Source: an uncultured Candidatus Bathyarchaeia archaeon
Lineage (GTDB): Archaea; Thermoproteota; Bathyarchaeia; Bathyarchaeales; Bathyarchaeaceae
Length of the DNA: 64,000 bases
Direction of reading: 5' to 3'
NCBI GenBank assembly: GCA_964655075.1
Contig: CAZZLD010000002.1
Span: 99,140-163,139, forward strand
Numbering within the stretch: the stretch's first letter is position 1; each line of letters begins with the position of its first letter. Below, piece after piece: positions 8,924 through 17,915 of this stretch. Both the position numbers and the translations under genes were made by a program. The notes beneath the pieces were generated by a model. It was not told the origin of the DNA. It saw nothing but the letters and a program-made list of their open reading frames with translations, and did no database searches.

Positions 8924-9610
8924 ATGAGATTGATCAAAAAACTCGTTTCTTTAGTTTTTGCATCGCTGTTCTTGCTTTCGACGATGGTTGGTGTGCTAGC
9001 TCAGAATGTGCACGATGTGGCTGTGGTAAGCGTCACGGTCACGCTTCCGTATGGGGCCGATGCTTGTTATCCAGGTTGGGGAAATTACCCTGAAGAATGG
9101 AGGCAAATCAGAATCGCCGTTGTGGTGGAGAATCTGGGCACCGAATACGAGAACTTCACCGTTACCACGTACTACGACGACCACGCCATCCAAGACTACT
9201 ACGGCAACCACACTCAAGCTGTCATTAACTTAGCGTCAGGAAGCAACGCAACGCTGACCTTCGCGTGGAACACCAAAGGCGTGAAACCGTGCACCTACTC
9301 AGGAAGTTATATACCCTACACCATATCGGCCAACGCCAGCATAGTCGCAGGCGAAACTAACACGGCGAACAACTACAAGGTCGACGGCACCGTAGTTGTC
9401 CGAAGGCCAGGGGACGCTACCGGTGACGGCCACTGCAAAGTCGGCGACCTCGCTATCTTGGGCTGTTTCTGGTACGGGGGGTCCTACCCAAGCCACGGTT
9501 ATAATTGGCTAGCGGACTTCAACGGCAACAGATGCATCGATGTCGGTGACCTAGCCATAATAGGCGCAAACTTCTACAAGGATTATCACGGGGTATACCC
9601 CTTGTTGTGA
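8924..9610 (+). CDS. Secreted CARDB-domain protein with C-terminal dockerin-like module
   Basis: Signal peptide MRLIKKLVSLVFASLFLLSTMVGVLA. CARDB-like start HDVAVVSVTV. Duplicated Ca-binding dockerin-type repeats GDATGDGHCKVGDLAILG and ADFNGNRCIDVGDLAIIG at the C-terminus. Confidence 0.7.
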   Translation: MRLIKKLVSLVFASLFLLSTMVGVLAQNVHDVAVVSVTVTLPYGADACYPGWGNYPEEWRQIRIAVVVENLGTEYENFTVTTYYDDHAIQDYYGNHTQAVINLASGSNATLTFAWNTKGVKPCTYSGSYIPYTISANASIVAGETNTANNYKVDGTVVVRRPGDATGDGHCKVGDLAILGCFWYGGSYPSHGYNWLADFNGNRCIDVGDLAIIGANFYKDYHGVYPLL

Positions 9611-9873
9611 ACAGCAAGTATCTTTCCAGCTCTTGAGACGCTTTAGGACCTTCAAAAGGCTAACAAAAAAACAAACTCCACAGAGACTAAAGTATAGAAA
9701 CTGAGAAAGAAGAATGGTCAAAAATACCCAGATTAATGGCAAACCTTTTATCATGTAAATAATAAATGGAATACAATTATGGAAGTTTGTTATATTGCGG
9801 AGACTCATAGTTCCCTACTCCAGAGTGCACGAATTTTTGAAAGCGAGAACCCCCAAACGTTAGGAGACAAAAA

Positions 9874-11118
9874 ATGAACCCAATTTACCTGATTGCAACA
9901 TGCATCCTCGCTTTCCTCTACGTATGGGTCCTATACAACATACCAATTTTAATCGTGGGCTTGAAACGGCTCCACCAGTCGGAACAGAAGAAAGAAAAAA
10001 CTTCGCGAGTAAACGAGAAGAAACTACCTACGTTTTCGATTCTAATTCCAATGAAAAACGAAGAAAAAGTCGCAGAAAGATCCCTAAACGCTTCGCTTAA
10101 ACTGGATTATCCTCTGCAAAAAAGAGAAATAATCGTGGTGGAAGACGGATCAAACGACAAAACAACAGAAATATGCAGACAATACGCCGATAAACATCCT
10201 AGCCAAATAAGAATCATACATAAACAAGGCTCAAACGGAAAGCCCTCTGCTCTGAACTACGCCATTAAACACGCAAAAGGTGAAATCATCGCCATATTCG
10301 ACGCAGACAATGTCCCAGAGAAAGACGCCCTGATAAAAGCAGCCTCATACTTCGAAGACCCCTCAATAGCCGCTGTACAAGGCACAACGTGTGCAATAAA
10401 CGCCGACGAGAACCTACTGACTAAATTCCTATCATACGAAGAAGCCGCGTGGCTAAGGACATACATCCAAGGGAAAGATGCCCTCAACCTGTTTGTGCCC
10501 CTGACCGGCAGCTGCCAGTTCCTACGGCGCAATGTGCTTGAAAAGGTCGGCGGATGGGATGAAAAATCTTTAAGTGAAGATGTGGAGATGGCAGCGAAAC
10601 TTACGGAAAACGGACACCGAATAAGGTATGCCTCAGACATAATCTCGTGGCAGGAAGCTCCAGCGAATGTGATTTCGTTCATAAAACAGCGGACAAGATG
10701 GTTCAGAGGGTACATGGAGGTCGCGTTGAAATACGGAAAACTGTTAACGAAGATCAGCAGAAAGAACATTGACGCAGAGGTCACCCTTATGGGACCATAC
10801 GTGTTCATCCTATCTCTTGTAGGCTACTTTACGACAGCGTATTCCTTTGTAGCCCCAAGGCAATTTCACAGTGTCCTCACGGTTAGTTCGCTTTTTACGT
10901 CATTGATTACTCTAGTTACGTTGTTAATCGTGGGGGTGGCTCTGATTTACGCAACGAAACCGCGAAGAATAAAGAACCTGTTTTGGTTACCCTTCATATA
11001 CGCTTATTGGGGATTACAAACGATACTTGCTACGCGCGCCTTGATGGAAATAATTTTTAGAAGACCGAGAAACTGGACGAAAACGACAAAAACAGGAACG
11101 ACAACAGTCACGTTTTAA
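9874..11118 (+). CDS. Membrane-bound family 2 glycosyltransferase (processive, cellulose/chitin-synthase-like)
   Basis: 414 aa. N-terminal TM, VEDGSND, FDADN (DxD), QRTRWFRG (QxxRW-type motif), several C-terminal TM helices. Confidence 0.85.
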   Translation: MNPIYLIATCILAFLYVWVLYNIPILIVGLKRLHQSEQKKEKTSRVNEKKLPTFSILIPMKNEEKVAERSLNASLKLDYPLQKREIIVVEDGSNDKTTEICRQYADKHPSQIRIIHKQGSNGKPSALNYAIKHAKGEIIAIFDADNVPEKDALIKAASYFEDPSIAAVQGTTCAINADENLLTKFLSYEEAAWLRTYIQGKDALNLFVPLTGSCQFLRRNVLEKVGGWDEKSLSEDVEMAAKLTENGHRIRYASDIISWQEAPANVISFIKQRTRWFRGYMEVALKYGKLLTKISRKNIDAEVTLMGPYVFILSLVGYFTTAYSFVAPRQFHSVLTVSSLFTSLITLVTLLIVGVALIYATKPRRIKNLFWLPFIYAYWGLQTILATRALMEIIFRRPRNWTKTTKTGTTTVTF

Positions 11119-11268
11119 AGCAAAATTCCCCGCAGGCGTTAAGGCGAAACTTTTTATGTTACATAAGCCTCACGTTTCAAAAACTGCAGAATTGCCAAGG
11201 ATACGACGGCGAGAACTTTGATCGAAACGTTCGCTTTAATAGCGTTTTACCCAAAGGGAGGTTAATGA

Positions 11269-12195
11269 TTGAAGAAGGAAAAAAGCGAAGAAAAAGCGGG
11301 TCCTACCGAAACGAAGCCGACTAGGCGGTTTTTAAAATACGAGGCGGCTAGGAGGATTGTGCAGTTTTGTTCCTTTTTGCTTTTTAACGCAGGCATTTTC
11401 GGGTTGGCGGCTACGCCGGTGCTCCTTCCGGTTCTTCAGAGCCTAGGGATCCCTCAGAAAACCGTTGGAGGAGCTTTCGGAGCCCTTCAGCTGATGCTTT
11501 ACGAAGTTGTTTTCCCGTGGCTTCCCTTAACCGCGATTTTCTTAACAGCCATTCTATTGGGCAGAGCGCTCTGCGGGTGGGCCTGTCCCTTCGGTTTCGT
11601 TCAGGATTTATTGGGCTACGTCAAAGGGAAGCATACGGAGGTTTCTCCTAGGACCCATGGGGGATTGATTAAAGTGAAGTATCTGATTCTGGTGATCATT
11701 TTGTTCATCAGCGGAACGATAGCCGTCTCATCGATCATAGGAATGGGCCAGGAATACAGAAGTGCCCTAGGCGAGTTCGCTAAAGCACCATTCAACGTCT
11801 TAAGCCCTTCTGACACGCTTTTCGCGGCTTTACCTCGATTCATTTTTGATGCCCGTTACTCGCCTATAGCGTTGCCCACACTACTCCTCTGGATTCGTCT
11901 CGCAATAATGGTTTGCGTCATGGTCTTAGCGGTTTACGTTGAGAGAAGTTGGTGCAGGTACCTCTGCCCTCTAGGAGCCTTTATGGCTGTTTTAAATCGA
12001 TTCAGCTTCCTCGGTTTGAAGAGGAACCCCACGAAATGCGCAAAAGCTGGATGCCGCGAATGCGTTGAGGTATGCCCCACAAAGGTTCCCATCCTTGATT
12101 TGCCCTGGGAGAAGTTCACTGACCCCGAATGTATATATTGCCTTAAGTGTGTTGAAGCCTGCCCAACTAAGGCTATAAGACCAAAGTTTCCATGA
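11269..12195 (+). CDS. NapH/MauN-type polytopic 4Fe-4S-binding membrane protein
   Basis: 308 aa. Membrane-embedded CGWACPFG and CRYLCPLG motifs. C-terminal two-cluster ferredoxin motifs CAKAGCRECVEVCP and CIYCLKCVEACP. Confidence 0.75.
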   Translation: MKKEKSEEKAGPTETKPTRRFLKYEAARRIVQFCSFLLFNAGIFGLAATPVLLPVLQSLGIPQKTVGGAFGALQLMLYEVVFPWLPLTAIFLTAILLGRALCGWACPFGFVQDLLGYVKGKHTEVSPRTHGGLIKVKYLILVIILFISGTIAVSSIIGMGQEYRSALGEFAKAPFNVLSPSDTLFAALPRFIFDARYSPIALPTLLLWIRLAIMVCVMVLAVYVERSWCRYLCPLGAFMAVLNRFSFLGLKRNPTKCAKAGCRECVEVCPTKVPILDLPWEKFTDPECIYCLKCVEACPTKAIRPKFP

Positions 12196-12262
12196 AAGCC
12201 GTTTTTAGGGCATTACATAAGATTTATACTAAATTAGTTTAATTAGAACACTGAAAGGGCTC

Positions 12263-13243
12263 GTGATGAAGAAGAAAGCTGATCTTAAGTTCAAACCGAT
12301 CGGATGGCAAGGAATAAAACTTCGAGTGCCAGAGGACTGGAACTTCGTTGTTGAGTCAGGGGATAAAGAAGCCGGCTATATGGGGCTCAACTCAAGTTAC
12401 TCTAGGTTCGAACTTAAATGGGAGAAGATGAAGAAGAAAAAGACGTTTTCCATCGATACGATTATTGATAATCTAATTAAAAAAATGAAGAAATCCAACA
12501 AAACGCTTGAACTTCTAAGTAGAAGAAACATGAAGGTTTTTGGTCACAACGCCATTTTCTTCAAGTTTAAGACCATAGAAAAAGGCTACGGCATCACTTG
12601 GTATTGCGATGATAAAGAGAAGGTTTTCGTTGGGCTTTTCAGTTTTAAGTCGTCTGAAAGTGAAAAAGCTAAGGCGGCCTTTGACGGTCTCGTGGATTCC
12701 GTAAAGTGTCACGGTCGAGGTAAACAGGATCAATGGGCGGTGTTTGGTTTTTCTTTGAAAGTGCCCTCGGAATTAAAGTTGACGGAGAGAAAGTTTCTGG
12801 TTGGTCTCGGCACCCTTTCATTCTACAATGAGAAAATGCGTCCGTTTCGCACTGAAAAGTACGATTTAGTTTTTCAATATTGGAGTCCAGCTACTCTGAA
12901 GTTCAAGGATACTTATGATGACCCTAAGAAGTGGTTTGAGGAAGTTTACGAGAAGACTTTGAAGGAGCGCTTCAAAGGGAAACTTAAGAAGAAACGTTTT
13001 CAAAGCTTCAGAATTATGGATCACGCAGCTAAAACCTTGACGAGTACCGTTAAGAGGGGATTTATGAGCCAGGTCATTATGAAGAATAAAACCTGCATAT
13101 GGTACTGTCCCGAAACCAATCGAATTTACGCAGTAACGCTGTCTAAGGCCTTAAGCAAAATGCGGTTTTTACCCACGAAGAAATACGAAACTGAACCAAA
13201 GGAAATGTTCAACAAAATACTAGCGTCAATCTCATGCCACTAG
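12263..13243 (+). CDS. Hypothetical Lys-rich soluble protein
   Basis: 326-aa ORF in the same orientation and tight spacing as its neighbours. No motif recognised. Confidence 0.5.
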   Translation: MMKKKADLKFKPIGWQGIKLRVPEDWNFVVESGDKEAGYMGLNSSYSRFELKWEKMKKKKTFSIDTIIDNLIKKMKKSNKTLELLSRRNMKVFGHNAIFFKFKTIEKGYGITWYCDDKEKVFVGLFSFKSSESEKAKAAFDGLVDSVKCHGRGKQDQWAVFGFSLKVPSELKLTERKFLVGLGTLSFYNEKMRPFRTEKYDLVFQYWSPATLKFKDTYDDPKKWFEEVYEKTLKERFKGKLKKKRFQSFRIMDHAAKTLTSTVKRGFMSQVIMKNKTCIWYCPETNRIYAVTLSKALSKMRFLPTKKYETEPKEMFNKILASISCH

Positions 13244-13308
13244 GCTTTTTCGTAAATGCATATAAGTCTGAGGGTTACATGTTCTGTTGAAAACCAGAGA
13301 GGGTTCAT

Positions 13309-13758
13309 TTGTCGAATTTAAAGAAAATATTTGGCAAGAAAAAACCTGAGAAAACCTTGCCGCGCGAGAAGTTTTTGAAGCTGAAGCCAGTTAGGAATCC
13401 CTACTTAAAATGGTCCAAGTCAGAGAAGGGTGAGATTACGATAATGCTGGAGCTGAAGCAGACGAAGAAGACGGGTTTTCTCTCAAAGCTGTTCTCGTTG
13501 CCGAAGGAAGTGACGAAAAAAGTAGCTTTGGATGAGGTTGGGAGCTTCGTTTGGGAAATGTGCGACGGACAGCACACGGTTGAGGAAATTATTGAGGAGC
13601 TTGCTGAGAGGTATAAAATGATGCGTCAAGAAACCGAAGTGGCGCTTATGACTTACTTCCAACAGTTAACCCGCAGAAAGTTCATAGGAGTTCTCATCCC
13701 CGAGGTGAAGAAAAAAGAAGGGGAGGAGTTTAGCCTCCGCGACATGGAGATGCCTTAA
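13309..13758 (+). CDS. PqqD-family (RRE-like) small protein
   Basis: The C-terminal 80 aa VALDEVGSFVWEMCDGQHTVEEIIEELAERYKMMRQETEVALMTYFQQLTRRKFI match the PqqD/RRE winged-helix consensus from memory. Confidence 0.7.
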   Translation: MSNLKKIFGKKKPEKTLPREKFLKLKPVRNPYLKWSKSEKGEITIMLELKQTKKTGFLSKLFSLPKEVTKKVALDEVGSFVWEMCDGQHTVEEIIEELAERYKMMRQETEVALMTYFQQLTRRKFIGVLIPEVKKKEGEEFSLRDMEMP

Positions 13759-13875
13759 CCTCATTTTTTGTTTCTGAAACAAAGTTACTGAAAGCTTTTA
13801 AGGAATCGACAAGACAACAATAATGGTACGTATCCTCGTTGTACGTACTTATCTGGAGAAAAGAGAGATCTCTCT

Positions 13876-16800
13876 ATGAAAATAGGAAATAAGAGAAAGG
13901 CTGTAGTGACATCCTTTTTGATTTCAATATTTGCAGTGTCTCTGTTTGCATTCTCAGGTACATTGCCAGTGAGCGCTGTTGAACCTCCAACAACCATGAG
14001 CTGGTATCAGAAACCCCCAGCCATCGATTACGCTCAAAGTGGAGTCCCAGACTTCGACCAAAAACAAGACAACTGGAACAGCACTGACACCGTCAAATAT
14101 TCTCTGTGGGCTCATGCAGTTAAAGGATGGGGTACATCTCCGATGTGGCAGACTATTCCTGGGCCAACGCTGTTTGCAGCACAAGGGGAAACAGTGACTC
14201 TTACCCTCACTTCAGCAGACGGGAATGCCCACAGCTTCTGGATTGACCTTAACGGAAATGGACTTCAGGAGCCAGCAGAAGTATCGCCCGCCTTCGGAGG
14301 AGTTAACCCGCTAACCATCGTCTGGTCTTTCACTGTTAACACGCCCGTGCCAGGACCACTGCCGTACTCTTGCACCTTCCATCCTGCAAATATCGGCACA
14401 TTATTTGTCAGCGCCAAACGTTGGACTTGGTGTGGACCCACAGCCGTGGCAGACAGCCTCTGGTGGTGGGATTCCCATATTGACGGAGGGACAAACCCGC
14501 CTCCTGCTGTGGAGGATCACTTCCCGCTTGTTCAGAATTATGGACCTTGGGACGACCACGACCCCAAAAACGTGGTGCCTTTTGTTGAAGACTTGGCAAG
14601 CCTCATGAACACAGACGTAGGTACAACCGGGACAAACGTCTTTGACATGCAGGCAGGAGTTCGCCTTTATCTTGAAGAAAAAGGACTAAACATGTCGTTC
14701 TACGAGAGGACTTGGTGGGATTGCAACCTGACTTTCGAAAACTTGTATAAGGAGTTGTACAAGTGCGAAGACGTAATTCTCCTGTTAGGCTTCTACCAAG
14801 AAATTGACCCCTACGAGGGCACTTATGTGCGTGTTGGTGGCCACTACGTGACTCTTGCTGGAATGGGCAACGATACCGCTACTGGAGACCAATGGGTGAA
14901 ATTAAGCGATCCCTTCATTGACTACGCAGAGTTGATGGGGTGGAACTATTCGCCGTATGTTCCTATAGATCACGCTGCTGGACATGATTCAACTGTGCAT
15001 AACAACGCCTCTTTGGTGTCCCACGACCCCTATAAGATTGCTTCGACACCAACTTTCTTGTACGGAGTAAATCCTGACCTAGGTCACTTTATGATCGAGG
15101 ACTATCCTTGGGACACACTGCTTCATGAAGGAGGACTTGCCGCACAGGGAGGTGAAGTGGATTCTGGTCCGATCGCTGAGATGCCTATGTACGCCGTTGT
15201 CGAATACGCAGTTGTTTTCTCTCCGACGCAGTATGATAAGCCGTCTTATCCAGAGTATGCTCCGAGCGGTGTTCCAGACTTCGACCAGCATCAGGATCTT
15301 TGGCAGAACCCAATAACCATGAAGTGGAGCTACTGTGGACCTGTGGCTTTGGCGAACAGTCTCTGGTACTTCGACTCCAAATTCGACAACGGGACAGAAC
15401 CTGACGGTTTCCCCTTGGTGCAAAACTATGGGCCATGGGACGACCATGATCCGCAGAACGTTGTGCCTCTTATCAACGAGTTGGCGTGGCTCGCGGACAC
15501 CGACGGCTGGCGAACAGGGATCATTCACAACGGCACTTACGTCTCGGACTTACAGAATGCAACCCGGTGGTATCTTGAACTAAAAGGGCTCAACGACACG
15601 TTCTACGAGAGAACATGGTACTGCAACTTCACCTTCGCCGACGTAGAATACGAGGTGGAACAGTGTCAAGACGTTCTCCTCCTCTTAGGCTTCTACGAAC
15701 TCCAATCTGGGGGGTGGGTGCGCCTAGGCGGGCACTACGTCACCATCTCTGGCGTCAACGCCAGCGGAGAAATCAAGTTCAGCGACCCCACCCTCGACAA
15801 CGCTGAAGCGGGAGGAAGAGGCCAAGTTCTCCCGCTGATGCATCCGCCTCACCCCGGCGACCCCACCGTGCATAATAACGCCTCTTACGTATCCCACGAC
15901 TATTACACCGTTGCCCCCTCGAGTCCAGTTCCCGGTACGCACTGGGGCATCGAGGACTACCCAGCGTACGATGTCTTCTACGACGTAAATGGCTGTAACG
16001 AAAGCGATTACTATGAAGGTGGCCTGTTGTTCACTGCTGTAGAGTACGCGGTGGTCATCTGTCCGCTTCTCCATGGTCCCATAGCTAACTTCACGGAAAG
16101 CACGCACACCGCTGACGTGAATGAAGTCATTGATTTCAACGCTAGTGGTTCTCTTCCAGGCTTTAACGGTGTAGCCAGTGTGCCTATCGCCAACTACACT
16201 TGGGACTTCGGCGATGGAAACACAACCACGGTTACGGGTCCAACAATCACTCACTATTACACGACAAACGGCAACTATACAGTAACCCTAACCGTCACAA
16301 CCCAAGACGACCCAATACTAATCGCCAACGGTCTCACCAAAGACTCCGTCTCAGCTAATAAAACCATTAACCCAGCCGTATTGGTCCACGATGTAGCCGT
16401 TATTGACGAAGAAGTGTTTGTGAACCCGTCTAAATATCCTAGCAGGAACGTGTCAGGAGCATACGAATCCTATCCAACTTGGGGCGTTTCCTACAAAGTC
16501 AACGTCATCGTCAAAAACGAAGGAAACTACATCGAAAGCTTCACCGTAACTCTCCTCCTGCAAAACTCCACAGGCAACTACACCAAGGGAACACAACCGG
16601 TAAACAACCTAGCTGCAGGAGCAAACACCACGCTCACGTTCAGCTTCGCTGTTCCGCCGCTGCCCGGCTATCCTAGCAACCGCAGGGCGGCGTGGCCGTA
16701 TCCGAACTACACCGTGTGGGCTAACGCCAGCATACTTCCAGGCGAAACAGACACCGCCGACAACCAACTGTTCAACGGTCTCATAAAAGTGAAGTGGCCA

Positions 16801-16998
16801 GGGGACGCAGACGGCAACGGTTATGTCAGGTTGCCTGACTTGACTATGCTCGCTAAAGCCTGGTACGGTGATCTTGGCGGTACGGCTGCGGAGCGCGCTA
16901 AATACAACTACAAGTGCGACTTCGACATGAACGGCGAAGTCAAGCTGCCTGACCTAGTCACCTTAGCGAAAAACTGGTACAAAGGACCCCGAGACTAA
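13876..16998 (+). CDS. 1040-aa secreted multidomain protein: two tandem papain-fold C39-like domains (first interrupted by a cupredoxin-like insert), PKD, CARDB, dockerin
   Basis: Signal peptide. Repeats SGVPDFDQ[KH]QD..W.[WY]CGP[TV]A[VL]A[DN]SLW..DS ... PLVQNYGPWDDHDP[KQ]NVVP ... GGHYVT[LI][AS]G ... VEYAVV occur twice (nt ~14002-15228 and 15229-16070). Insert nt ~14089-14418 (GETVTLTLTSADGNAHSFWIDL...YSCTFHPANIGTLFV). PKD (YTWDFGDGNTTTVTGPTITHYYTTNGNYTVTLTV). CARDB (HDVAVIDEEV...). Dockerin repeats GDADGNGYVRLPDLTMLA and CDFDMNGEVKLPDLVTLA. Confidence 0.8.
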   Translation: MKIGNKRKAVVTSFLISIFAVSLFAFSGTLPVSAVEPPTTMSWYQKPPAIDYAQSGVPDFDQKQDNWNSTDTVKYSLWAHAVKGWGTSPMWQTIPGPTLFAAQGETVTLTLTSADGNAHSFWIDLNGNGLQEPAEVSPAFGGVNPLTIVWSFTVNTPVPGPLPYSCTFHPANIGTLFVSAKRWTWCGPTAVADSLWWWDSHIDGGTNPPPAVEDHFPLVQNYGPWDDHDPKNVVPFVEDLASLMNTDVGTTGTNVFDMQAGVRLYLEEKGLNMSFYERTWWDCNLTFENLYKELYKCEDVILLLGFYQEIDPYEGTYVRVGGHYVTLAGMGNDTATGDQWVKLSDPFIDYAELMGWNYSPYVPIDHAAGHDSTVHNNASLVSHDPYKIASTPTFLYGVNPDLGHFMIEDYPWDTLLHEGGLAAQGGEVDSGPIAEMPMYAVVEYAVVFSPTQYDKPSYPEYAPSGVPDFDQHQDLWQNPITMKWSYCGPVALANSLWYFDSKFDNGTEPDGFPLVQNYGPWDDHDPQNVVPLINELAWLADTDGWRTGIIHNGTYVSDLQNATRWYLELKGLNDTFYERTWYCNFTFADVEYEVEQCQDVLLLLGFYELQSGGWVRLGGHYVTISGVNASGEIKFSDPTLDNAEAGGRGQVLPLMHPPHPGDPTVHNNASYVSHDYYTVAPSSPVPGTHWGIEDYPAYDVFYDVNGCNESDYYEGGLLFTAVEYAVVICPLLHGPIANFTESTHTADVNEVIDFNASGSLPGFNGVASVPIANYTWDFGDGNTTTVTGPTITHYYTTNGNYTVTLTVTTQDDPILIANGLTKDSVSANKTINPAVLVHDVAVIDEEVFVNPSKYPSRNVSGAYESYPTWGVSYKVNVIVKNEGNYIESFTVTLLLQNSTGNYTKGTQPVNNLAAGANTTLTFSFAVPPLPGYPSNRRAAWPYPNYTVWANASILPGETDTADNQLFNGLIKVKWPGDADGNGYVRLPDLTMLAKAWYGDLGGTAAERAKYNYKCDFDMNGEVKLPDLVTLAKNWYKGPRD

Positions 16999-17040
16999 CA
17001 GACAATGAAAAAGGATAAACTAGGGTAACCACTTCCGAAT

Positions 17041-17058
17041 CCCCCCTTTTTTCTATTT
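17041..17058 (+). terminator. C-rich then T6 tract downstream of the 1040-aa gene (putative archaeal oligo-T terminator)
   Basis: cccccc tttttt c tattt lies 43 nt after the stop at 16998, between convergent genes. Confidence 0.3.
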
Positions 17059-17176
17059 AATTAACCATTCTAAGTTTTAGGTCCTATCTATTTGGAGTTT
17101 GGCTGTTCTGTTAGCGGTTAGGCCTCCTATAGTCTTATTTGAAGCCAAATAGACCCCAAATAGGCTTGGTTTAGGC

Positions 17177-17422
17177 TTAGGTTGTTGAGAAGTAGACGGT
17201 TCTGCCTTTTCTGTTTCTTTTGAGGAGGTTAATTCTTTCTAGCTGGTTTAGGTAGTTGCTTTCCACTGCTCTCGCTCTGTTTGTTTTTTCGGCGACTTGT
17301 GTTGCTGTGGCTTCTCTTAACAGGATGACCGCGATGAGGGTTTTCCTCAGATGGTCTGGGAGCTTAAGTAGTTTAATTAGGTCTTCTTTAGAGAGCTTAG
17401 AGAAGTCCAACCTCTGAGTCAT
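17177..17422 (-). CDS. Small winged-helix DNA-binding protein (ArsR/MarR-like)
   Basis: 81 aa. ATQVAEKTNRARAVESNYLNQLERINLLKRNRKGRTVYFS has an HTH recognition helix plus wing pattern. Confidence 0.55.
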   Translation of the reverse strand: MTQRLDFSKLSKEDLIKLLKLPDHLRKTLIAVILLREATATQVAEKTNRARAVESNYLNQLERINLLKRNRKGRTVYFSTT

Positions 17423-17436
17423 TATCGTTTTTCCTT

Positions 17437-17577
17437 TTATTGTTGAGGAAGGACGGTAATTTTCTCGATTTGCAGGTTGTAACGGTTCAGCGTGTCTTGT
17501 GACATGAGTTTTTTTATTTCATCCTCGGAGATGTTGCGCTTTGCCTTAAGTACGATGAAAATTACTCTTTCGTGCAT
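17437..17577 (-). CDS. 46-aa small ORF immediately upstream of the wHTH gene (possible co-transcribed partner)
   Basis: Below the ORF-track length cut-off. My translation: MHERVIFIVLKAKRNISEDEIKKLMSQDTLNRYNLQIEKITVLPQQ. Its stop lies 14 nt before the start of 17177-17422. No homology support. Confidence 0.3.
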   Translation of the reverse strand: MHERVIFIVLKAKRNISEDEIKKLMSQDTLNRYNLQIEKITVLPQQ

Positions 17578-17688
17578 GGTTTCACCTCACTTTAATCAGG
17601 TTCTACAGTTCTTAAGGTTTACCATTTTGCCATATTACCACTTAGTATTATTTGCCAAAGACAAATTAATTAATGAAAGGGCATTGCA

Positions 17689-17853
17689 TTGCAGAAGACT
17701 TTAGGAAACAGTAAGGTTCAGCCGAACAATCGAATAACCCTCATTAAAATTGTCCGGAAAAAATTGAACGTGAAAGTTGGAGACATCGTAATCTACACAG
17801 AAGATGAAAAAGGAAACATCATCCTCAAAAAAGGCGAATTAAAACCCCTATAA
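17689..17853 (+). CDS. AbrB/SpoVT-type (MazE-like) small DNA-binding protein
   Basis: 54-codon frame from TTG 17689. ..GNSKVQPNNRITLIKIVRKKLNVKVGDIVIYTEDEKGNIILKKGELKPL fits the swapped-hairpin AbrB pattern (x-ITIPK-x-R-x-L-x-GD-x-V). Start codon uncertain. Confidence 0.45.
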   Translation: MQKTLGNSKVQPNNRITLIKIVRKKLNVKVGDIVIYTEDEKGNIILKKGELKPL

Positions 17854-17915
17854 AAATACTCGAAAAATAAATTGATAAGCTCGAGAGAGGCATAGATGTC
17901 AAAAGGGAAAATGCA

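Noticed and set aside
14089-14418. Calling the cupredoxin-like insert a functional blue-copper site
   Set aside because: The His...Cys-x2-His pattern is present, but the axial Met position reads Asn/Ile. Copper binding cannot be asserted; only fold-level resemblance is reported.
17083-17170. Imperfect inverted repeat (..tttggct / agccaaa.., ctatttgg / ccaaatag) between convergent genes
   Set aside because: Only ~7-bp stems with a long loop, in an AT-rich terminator region. Not distinguishable from chance.
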